A DNA stretch of 64,000 nucleotides from Trichoplax adhaerens (lineage: Eukaryota > Animalia > Placozoa): NCBI RefSeq assembly GCF_000150275.1, contig NW_002060943.1, positions 3,003,264 to 3,067,263 on the forward strand. The letters run 5' to 3'. The stretch's first letter is position 1. Every line of letters starts with the position of its first letter. The notes under the pieces were generated by a model that worked only from the letters and a program-made list of their open reading frames with translations, had not been told where the DNA came from and ran no database searches. This document shows, in pieces, positions 1-9,027 of this stretch. Made by a program: the position numbers and the translations under genes.

Positions 1-201
1 TGACTTGAGGAGATCATTCTGCAACGATTTTAAGCTATGATGTAGCCACCACAGACTGGCTTTACCCAATTTCCATTTGCCAGGCGTTTCTTGATCCAAA
101 ATATAAATGATAACAACATGGCCTCGTTTAGCAGCATGAAATAATGCTGGGTTGTCAATTAATCGTAAGTCGTATCTAAGCCAGACGACTGTACAAACCA
201 T
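1..201 (-). CDS. phr: DNA photolyase/cryptochrome family protein, paralog 2; 5' part only, runs off the window edge
   Basis: The reverse strand from the ATG at 201 translates without a stop to MVCTVVWLRYDLRLIDNPALFHAAKRGHVVIIYILDQETPGKWKLGKASLWWLHHSLKSLQNDLLKS. This has the photolyase N-terminal WxRxDLRxxDNPAL and WWLHHSL motifs and is clearly similar to the N-terminus of 1585..3096. Confidence 0.93.
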   Translation of the reverse strand, partial: MVCTVVWLRYDLRLIDNPALFHAAKRGHVVIIYILDQETPGKWKLGKASLWWLHHSLKSLQNDLLKS

Positions 202-459
202 TTCTTGTCAATTTTTTTCCAATTTAGCAGTTAATACATTCAGTAGTCATTTAGCATATGCACTTTGATAAACGGTGCATGTGATATTTAGTGTAATTTA
301 CACTTCATCACTAGCTAGCAAGAAATACCTAGCAGACCGTTTGGCCTAATAACACAAGATGCTAGAGGAAGCTCTTTGTTGAAGTATACTTTATAATCGA
401 CTTGATCCCTTTACTCTATATCATGCAATATGCTTATTTTATTAGGAATTCAGGATAAG

Positions 460-737
460 CTAAATTACGTCCAATTTTTTTAGAACAAATCAAACCCTTA
501 ACGTTGGTCTCCAATTTGAGCCAGTAATTGCTTTCTAGCTTTAAGCCTTTACAGATTTGGAATTTGACAACTTGGGCAGAATCTTCGTCCAAGCCTCCAC
601 CCTCGTATACTTCGCTATATTAGCAATTTAGAATAAACAAATTCAACTAAATTACGTCCAACTCTTTCTCCAATTTTGAAAAAAGTAATTGCTTTGTAGC
701 TTTAGGTCTTTGCAAGTTTGGAATTCGACAACTTGGA
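460..737. repeat. Imperfect direct duplication (two copies of about 90-115 bp) in the photolyase intergenic spacer
   Basis: ctaaattacgtccaa...agtaattgcttt.tagcttta.g.cttt...tttggaatt.gacaacttgg occurs at about 460-575 and about 647-737. Confidence 0.8.
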
Positions 738-1110
738 TATGATCTTGATCAATGACTGTATCGTTGTACTCTCTGCTACCGCTGATGATATCGTTGTTAA
801 TTTTAAATTGTAGATTGAGCAATCCAAAAGGAGAAACCCATTGAAATCTTCATACAACTGCTAAGGACGATCAAAGGCATTGATTTAGCATATAGATCAG
901 GTCTACTCTAGCAGAAGCTTGCTCCAAGCTGTCGAGGGAAGCTGCTGCAAATGATGGAAGCAAGCCCGATACGACCGTATCATAGCAATACCGTATCACC
1001 ACGGTGTTGTTTGTAATCCAGCCTGTCAGTATCTTGCTCAATGCTCAGTATTAGGACCGCACTCTTACACTAAACAGTCTAGTATCATAGTAAAGGCGAA
1101 AAGAGTCGAG

Positions 1111-1130
1111 CTACTTGTTCGAACAAGTTT
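1111..1130. promoter_or_regulatory. Candidate p53-family response element
   Basis: CTACTTGTTC-GAACAAGTTT is two RRRCWWGYYY half-sites with zero spacer (second perfect, first 8/10). It contains a perfect 16-bp palindrome at 1113-1128. Confidence 0.4.
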
Positions 1131-1584
1131 GCGGTGGTAATTAATTCATCAGCTGCGCTTGAGCTCTTCTGCTAGTAGCTGCTGCACAGACTACAGAAAT
1201 TACCTTAGCAAATGCCATAAAGCTCCTACAACGTGTCTAAAACTTTTTACAGTGTAAGCTGAACTTGCCGCAATCTTGTTTAGTGCTGCGTAAGATATAA
1301 TATTGCAATCAATAGTTTGTAGCTGATGATCTTGATCGCTATTAACTAGAACACGAATGCTGCAGCTCTGCTTGTGATGGCATTAGTAGTCCCCGGTAAT
1401 AAAGACGTAGTATATCCGTTTTCACTCTGTCAAAATCCTTAGCATAACACTTCTCCTCTTGGATCGGATACAGGATAATAACGATCATTTCGGTTGGGTT
1501 TATATCAATGTAGATGATCAAACTGACCAAAATTAAACCAAATCAGCATCATTGGCTGTTGCAGAATAGAAACCCTACTTCCTC

Positions 1585-3096
1585 ATGTCATCTTCAAAGA
1601 TACCTTGCACGCTGGTGTGGTTACGCCAAGATTTAAGATTAATTGATAATCCTGCATTATTTCATGCTGCAAAACGTGGTCAACTTATTACTGTTTACAT
1701 TTTCGATGAAGATTGCTCTGGCAAAAGGAGAACAGGCCAAGCTTGTTTATGGTGGCTGTATCATAGCTTGAAATCATTGCGTAATCAACTAAGCCAATGG
1801 AATATTCCCCTCATTGTGAAAAGCGGTAAAGATGCATTTACTATTTTAAAGGAGTTGCTCGATAGTTATAACGCCGATGCAATTTATTGGAATCGTTGTT
1901 ATGAACCATTTGAATATAATCGAGATTGCTCGATAGAAGAAAAATTAAAAATGGAAAACGTTACCGTTGAAACCTATCAAGATAGAGTATTATTCGAACC
2001 ATGGACAATCAAGACAGCCAAAGGAGGACCTGTACAGATATATGTTCACTTCTGGAATCAGTGCTTGTCATTACCACAACCTCGCAAACCTTACGACAAA
2101 CCTAAATTTAAGAATCAAACTGGGTGCCAAAGTAAATGCGATGAGCCAGCAGTGTGGCAACGATTGGCCAAATTATCACAGGATATGCCAATGAAATTAC
2201 AAGATTTCTGGCATCCAGGCGAGGAGCAAGCAATTTCAAAACTAAAATCCTTTATTAAAAATTCATTAAATGCTTATGCAGAAAAGAGTCAATGCCTGCG
2301 GTTAAATACAACATCCAATTTATCACCTTACTTACATTTCGGTGAGATTAGCCCTTTCACTGTCTGGCATAGTGTTCGTCACGCATCCTCCTCTGCAGAG
2401 CCACCTGCAGTCAAATCAGAAAGCTTAAAACAATATCTTCGTTCGCTAGGATGGAGAGAATACACATGCCACTTACTATTTCATTACCCTGATTTACCTC
2501 AGAAATGTTTTCGATCCAGTTTTGAGCAATTAAAACTACAAGTCGATCCAGTCAAATTGCAATCATGGCAGCAAGGTAACACCGGTTATCCAGTTGTTGA
2601 TGCTGGCATGCGCCAACTCTCAGTGGCAGGTATCATGCCGAATCGTCTTCGAATGATTGTGGCGTCATTTTTAATTAAGCACTTATTAGTCCCATGGCAA
2701 AAAGGAGAAGAATGGTTCTGGAGCAAATTAATTGATGCTGATTTAGCTCAAAATGCATTCAATTGGCAATGGGCAGCCGGAAGTGGACCTAACGCATGTC
2801 CTTATTTTCGCGTTTTTAACCCGATAACCCAAGGTGAAAAGTTTGATGCCGATGGTTATTATGTGCGAAAGTGGATACCTGAACTTGCTGCATTGCCTAA
2901 CGCGTACATACATAAACCATGGGAAGCACCTTCTACTGTATTAAAGAAAGCAAATATAGTACTAGGTAAAACGTATCCTCGACCAATAGTACAACACAAA
3001 GCAGCTCGTGAACTTGCTTTAGCTACATTTGGACAAACCAAGCGTAAGCAAGAACCTCCAACAAGCAACAGCAATAAACGAGTAAAAGAAGAGTAG
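1585..3096 (+). CDS. phr: Photolyase/cryptochrome family protein (class I/III CPD-photolyase-like), intronless, 503 aa
   Basis: Motifs WLRQDLRLIDNPAL, TSNLSPYLHFGEIS, GWREY, GNTGYPVVDAGMRQL, NRLRMIVASFL, DADLAQNAFNWQWAAG, PYFRVFNP and YVRKWIPEL. Single uninterrupted ORF. Confidence 0.96.
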   Translation: MSSSKIPCTLVWLRQDLRLIDNPALFHAAKRGQLITVYIFDEDCSGKRRTGQACLWWLYHSLKSLRNQLSQWNIPLIVKSGKDAFTILKELLDSYNADAIYWNRCYEPFEYNRDCSIEEKLKMENVTVETYQDRVLFEPWTIKTAKGGPVQIYVHFWNQCLSLPQPRKPYDKPKFKNQTGCQSKCDEPAVWQRLAKLSQDMPMKLQDFWHPGEEQAISKLKSFIKNSLNAYAEKSQCLRLNTTSNLSPYLHFGEISPFTVWHSVRHASSSAEPPAVKSESLKQYLRSLGWREYTCHLLFHYPDLPQKCFRSSFEQLKLQVDPVKLQSWQQGNTGYPVVDAGMRQLSVAGIMPNRLRMIVASFLIKHLLVPWQKGEEWFWSKLIDADLAQNAFNWQWAAGSGPNACPYFRVFNPITQGEKFDADGYYVRKWIPELAALPNAYIHKPWEAPSTVLKKANIVLGKTYPRPIVQHKAARELALATFGQTKRKQEPPTSNSNKRVKEE

Positions 3097-4554
3097 GTTA
3101 CAAAAATGGGGTTAGACCATATCCTACAAGATTATGTAAACGGATGCTGTAGTAGTATGCACGAATTTGAGCAAGTATTTTAATATCGAAAAATTGGAAT
3201 ATCATGTCGTCGAAGATTACCTTTAAATGTCTGCTGTAGTAATATGCGAAAATTGAAGGTGTATTTTGTTTTATGTGAAGAACCCATTTCACTTCTGCTG
3301 AACATGTTAGCCGTATTGAACTCGCCATTTTAAAATCGTTATTCATATAAAGTAATTACTACCAATCTATCTGTAGTTTGTTTTGCGCAAAGTTTCACTA
3401 ATTCATATAACTTTCACCAGCTTGGATTGATATACTGTAGTCATGGAAAGCAAGGAGACTAGATCACTTTCATGCAATCGTTTTAAAAATGATTCACTCT
3501 TATCTATTTATTCAAGGATCAATTCTTAGTTCCAATTGCCCACAGTTATCATCACGGTGTTTCGCTTGTTTTAAATTTGTTAGGATAAATCTTTAAGTAG
3601 ATGCTATTTCGTTCTGTATCAAAAATGCTTGCCATTGAGTCATAATTAATTATAATGAGAATTGCGAGTACATCATATGATTGGCGCTACAGTAGTAAAA
3701 GCTGTTTTAAAAATTTTTAAATTGTGTCTGGCAAGTACTTGCAAATCACCTGTAAACATACAACCGAATAAGCATATTTGATTAATAATTATATTTTTAG
3801 TCTGTTGTCGTAGATCTACTATCATTCATGCAGTCCGATTGTGAAGTATAACCTACAGATTTTGTAACGTTTTCGTCATAAGTACTATGTATCCACGGAA
3901 TTAAAATAAATTTCTTAGGATCTAGGAAAAGAAATTCTTGGAACAAATTTGCTATGATGAGGATAACTGATCTGCAACAGTGCCACGGATATTTTAATTG
4001 ATTATTTTCATATCTGATCTACGCTCTACTATGTACAGTCTGCAGTAAATTAAATTCCTCATCATAGATTGTTTATTTTACTTTTGATAAGCTAGAACGA
4101 TAGGTACGGTAATCCACGAAGAATCAATTACATGAAGAACAAGTATCACGTTAAGCGTTTCCATAACAGTATATTAATGAGATAGTAATAATTTATATTA
4201 ACGTCAAGATTGAGTTAAAATTTTAGCAGAATTAGCATGAAACAAAACTACTCTAAATAGTTGAATACGTGCGTTAACAGTGCAGAGCGTTATCGAAAAT
4301 TTGCCGAGCTGGTCAATATTAGCCCTACCGATAGGATATTAATCATGGCCAATCCTTACTAGAAGTAATCGTGCAAGCAAGAATTTGCTTGGTTTAACTT
4401 ATAAATTCAAATTTCATCTATTTAAATGGTTGTCGCAAGCAGTATCACGCTATTTATCGATCTGCCGAATTGGCTTACTACGTTTTGAACTGTTTATGCT
4501 TGCAATAATTCAGTCCGTTAGACGTGCGATTCAGTGGAACAATAATTCTGACAA

Positions 4555-5659
4555 TCAGCGAGTTTGGCAGCTTCTATTGCTGATGCAGGCTAGTATATTT
4601 TGAAATTGAGCATCCATTAAAGAAGATCGTAACTTTTCTAGAAGGAAAAGATCTTTAGTCGACATGCCAGTAACACGCTTCCAATGCTCAAGTGTATCAC
4701 TGCCCTGTTTAATAAATTCTTCAAATCCTTCTTGATTGTTTTTGCTTACAAAAAATCGCGATCGGCATTCATCAAAGTCCGGCTTACATTCTCGTTTTAA
4801 TTCCTGGATGAAATTATCATAACTCTCTTGTCTAATCTTGCAATATAAACTTTTGGCTTTACCGATTAAAGAATTTTCTAATCTCAAAAAACGTTCTTCT
4901 TTTGGCCACCCTTGCAACTGTGAAATCATATTAAATCTGCGAATGAACATTTCAATATCTTCATTTTTATCCATTTGAAACGATTCGGTTAATCCTTCCT
5001 CTTGCAGCGATGAGGCTAACGAATATTTCGACGGCGAGGAAACTAAATCCTTGTTGTTGCCTCCTGATTTAGATTTACATGAGCTATGACCAACCGATAT
5101 TCGCCTCGTGGGCAACGATAAAGAATCATTGGATGATGGAACTACAGAAAATATCATCCACAGCCTCTTCCCTTTCTTGCACTGAGCTGTGATCGTTAGG
5201 AATATCATCCCTTGACTGAACTGGAACTTTATGTAGAAAAATAAAATTTAAAATCTATCCTGAAGAATACCATCACGATAACAATTTAATCCTGCTTACC
5301 ATCTAGAAATTGTTGAAATTCGTCTTGATATTTAAGGAATGTTTTTTCGAGTTCTAATGCAATTTTCTCTCTAGGCTTCTTATTGGTACATAATTTAAAT
5401 CTTATATATCGACGCCATGAAACCATATAAGAGCCTCTAGCAGCTTGAATTAAGCCATGTATGAATCCTTTAAGGGCTTCTTCCGGTAATTTATCTACCT
5501 TATTAATTATACTTGCCTTCAGAGCAGTCATCCATTGATCATCATAGACGTGGGATGTTGTGATATTATTGCTACTGATAGATGTAACCTGTTGAACGAT
5601 AAAATAAAATCATTAGTGAAACTATTTCAATAAAATTCAGCCCTAATAAGTACCTCCAT
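4555..5659 (-). CDS. Spliced gene (about 293 aa) with a C-terminal Ty3/gypsy Gag capsid/SCAN-like domain; predicted exons 5659-5654, 5588-5300, 5141-4555
   Basis: Phase-compatible GT-AG junctions (ATGGAG|gtactt...caacag|GTT; GATG|gtaagc...tctgtag|TTCCA) give 882 nt. The segment DIEMFIRRFNMISQLQGWPKEERFLRLENSLIGKAKSLY...YDNFIQEL...CRSRF...LEHW...DLFLLEKL follows the gypsy Gag pattern. Confidence 0.7.
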
Positions 5660-6754
5660 CTGCAATTTTGCTCTTTTTTTACGTCGCAGTTTTGCTCAGT
5701 AACTTAACGAATGATTCTGTTCTCAATCAGGTAGATGGCACTTGTCCTAAAGTATTTCAACAACAAAAAAATGCCATTCCTTCTTTTAACACCTCTTGGA
5801 GTGTAAAGTTCTACATGGAAATTTTAATTATCTAATATAAAAGATATACTTTATAGGCTTAATCACCTTCTCCGATCTACGGTAGGCTAATGTTGTGCCG
5901 TGTTAGTTTAATTTTGAAATTAATTATTATTTATTATCGGAATTACTAATATATACTATACTGTAGTAGAATACTATTTTGTCAATAGTTACAGTTTTGA
6001 TTTTATTAATAAATTCAATTCGGTTTTATAAATCTAAATCGTCTTATTTATTGTGAAGTTGCAAAATTAGCTTTGCTACAGCCGGCAACCACTAAATTAA
6101 AACCTTTTAAAACAACTCTAATTTTTTTTACAGTGTCAATCAATCAAGACTTTAGCACGAGTATCTAGCTACATCGGATAACATTATAATTTTAGCAAGA
6201 TAGGATATGTTCATTTTGAATCGTAAATCCTTCATAAAATATCGAAACCAATTCCTATCACCCAGTTTAGTTCATGTACACTTTGTGCAGTTTTAAACTG
6301 TAAATCCAGATTAAAAAATCAAAACCATTTCCCATCATCCACTTTAGTTAATTTACAGCTATCTTGTACTTAAATTATGGCAACGTTGGATTGCATCGAC
6401 AAAAACTTGGGTACTGATGCAAAATAAATCAACACTTTACCCGCAAGCTAGCTTGTCTTCTAATTTTCAACGATTCAAGATGGTGATCAAAAAATTGTGT
6501 AGCAAATAGAAATTGTTGGATATGAACCTTGCGGGTTACAGTCTAATTTTAGCGATCTTAAGTGTTATCCATCGTGGAAAGAAAGCTTATTATAATATCA
6601 ATAGCTATTTTTTTTAAGCAGCGGTGTTAAAATCGACCTATACAATATTGAATATCATTTTTCTTTGTGCTATATTAAAATAATAACATAAAACAAGTGC
6701 TGCCTTTCGGCAACTTACTGATGTAAATATTCATATCATCACCAATGATCTAAT

Positions 6755-8023
6755 ATGGCGGCAAATCAGAGATCGGTGAATAATAGATCTCAAGCATTTG
6801 CATATCTTAAACGAGAAAAATTTAGGTCGTATCGATTTATGAATTGCTATTTATTGTCCCCCAATTCGTCACCAACGCTTAACAGATCGATCTAAGATCA
6901 TATGGAACCAATGTTGCGTGCCTGGCCATTCTTACACTAGAGAATTCTTAAAACTGCTTGGCTTAGAAATAGATAATCAAGTGAGAAGGTAAATGAATTT
7001 TAATTTTAATTTATGATTGCAAGCATTTATTTTCATCTCAACATAGCATCATTTCTTACATTTATTTAAATAATTTGGCTGCGATAACTGATTTTCTACA
7101 GTTCATAAGACGACATTAGCCGACAGTAGAAATTGCAAAGTTATCACTTTGATACCTTGAGCATTTAAAGCGATCAGTAACTACTGAATCCTTCAAATAC
7201 TCTCTGCTATTCAAATCTTTCAACAGATTCTTAACACTATCTTTGGCTTTAAATGTGTTCTATTCTCTCTCATAGACTAAGTTACTTTTTTTGCAACAAT
7301 CTCTAGCCGTTAATTTTATGCGTGTGTTGATGTATTAACAAAATGGCTTGCAAAAACTAACGTGATTATGACCATCATTATCGTGTAGAGTAATTGAATA
7401 TGCTAACAGAAAACGATGAACAAACACCGATAGGAGAAAAGCATGGAGAATTGAAAGATGATGATTCCCCTATCACCCTTTTCTTACAAAAATTAAGCTC
7501 CAAATTACCCCAAAAATCAAGCGTCTTTGATCGAGTTCGTGAAGTGATCGATCAAAAAGAACCCTATTACGAACCATGGCCTGAAGATAAGATGAAAATG
7601 TGCTTCTTGATTAGAAATAAGAAATTATTGCCAGGTGGAACCAAAGACAGGAAATTTTTTACGCAATATTTAGGGCCAAATTTTTGTTTTAATCAAATGT
7701 ATAAAAGCTGGGAAGTAACCAAAGGATACGATTCTTGGCGTGACAGAAATCTAGAATATGAAGGTGACGATCTTGGTTTATCTCAAGAGCATCTCTTAGA
7801 TTTTAAATCAGCATTAAGGCAAGAGTACCTTAATAACTATAATTCCAGCCGGTTATCTTCAATAAGTGTTACAACGGAATCAGAATCGACATCATCAACC
7901 GAGTTTGTGCCACCTCTTAATGAGGTAGAGGAGACTACCTTAGCTCGTGCCTCAACAAGACGCAATAATTCTTCTCAGGCGCAATCCAGAGCTGGTAAAC
8001 CTCTTGCTATTGAATATTTATAA
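6755..8023 (+). pseudogene. Orphan gene with a disrupted 5' part; intact ORF of about 200 codons at 7400-8023
   Basis: The 209-aa ORF has protein-like composition but an in-frame TAA directly upstream. A putative upstream exon ending at a donor (AG|gtaaat, about 6989) needs a frameshift and TGA read-through to join the ATG at 6755. A possible donor follows 7994. Confidence 0.4.
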
Positions 8024-8199
8024 TCATAATGGCGCTGCAATAATTAAGAAATCACGTAGAGTAATCATACTGTAGTTCTATCTTGTTTTTCTACCTTCTT
8101 GTATTTTGTGTCCTGATCTATGCAGTCTTGCTACTCTTGACTCTTTCTCCATAGATGAATCCAAGACTTCAACTACAGCATAGCAATTGCTCCATTTCA

Positions 8200-9027
8200 G
8201 TGACCATAAATTATGGCCGAGATCAGAGTCTACGTGAAAAATTTCCCACTAGTTTTCGAGTCGTTGAGTACTGCCCGCTAAAGATTCGTTTCTTGTCTTC
8301 AATTTTAGTCATTTCCATTCTAATATGGCGTATTGCCTCTGAGTGCTAGTAGTATTATTTACAGATGAGTAAGATTAGCTCAATACTGACATTTCTAAAC
8401 TCTTATTAAGCTACATCTTAACATCTTAAATCATAAATCACGGCCAAAAATTAGCGTCTATGCCCCAAATTTTCCTGTAGTTTTCGAGTCATTGAGTATT
8501 CCCGCTAAAATTCGATTCTTGCCTTCAATTTTAGTCATTTTTCATCGAATAAGGCGCTTTGCTATTGAATACTAATAGTACCTTGTACAGACGAGCAACA
8601 CTTAGCTCAGCACTGACATTTTTAAACTTTTTGATAAGCTACATCTTAAAATCTTAAATCATAAATTAGGGTCAATGCGAATAATTTCTCAGAAGTCTTC
8701 AAGTCATGATGTAGCTTCTGCCGAACTCAATTCTTTTCTTCAATTTTTAGTCGTTTCCTCTGTAATATGGCGTTTTGTTATTGAATGTTAACAGCATTCT
8801 GTACGAATTTAAGCTACATCTTAACATCTCAAATCATACATTATAGCCAAAATTTGTGTCTAAGAGAAAATTTCTAAGTAGTTTTTAAGTCTTCAAATAG
8901 CTACTGCTAAACTCGATTCTTTTCTTAAGTTTAAATCGTTCTGTTCTAGTATGGCTTTTTGCTATTGAAGGCAAGTAGTATTTTGTACATATGAGTAAGA
9001 TTAGCTCGGCACTGCAATTTCTAAACC
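8200..9027. repeat. Degenerate tandem repeat, about 4 copies of 190-230 bp
   Basis: agttttcgagtc...cttcaattttagtc...taagctacatcttaa.atct.aaatcata recurs near 8251, 8479, 8694 and 8880. Confidence 0.8.

Noticed and set aside
1342-1530. 62-aa minus-strand ORF in the photolyase spacer
   Set aside because: Non-ATG start, no recognisable motif and no splice support.
3132-3139. TTATGTAA D-box just downstream of the photolyase stop
   Set aside because: An AT-rich 8-mer that is expected by chance in this composition.
1967-3346. Short ORFs overlapping or abutting the photolyase (1967-2194, 2859-3074, 3098-3346)
   Set aside because: Alternative-frame or antisense shadows of a real CDS and its 3' flank.
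6080-6136. ttttttttacagtgt resembling a CACTG-type transposon end (also at about 1243-1256)
   Set aside because: No matching opposite terminus or target-site duplication was found by eye.
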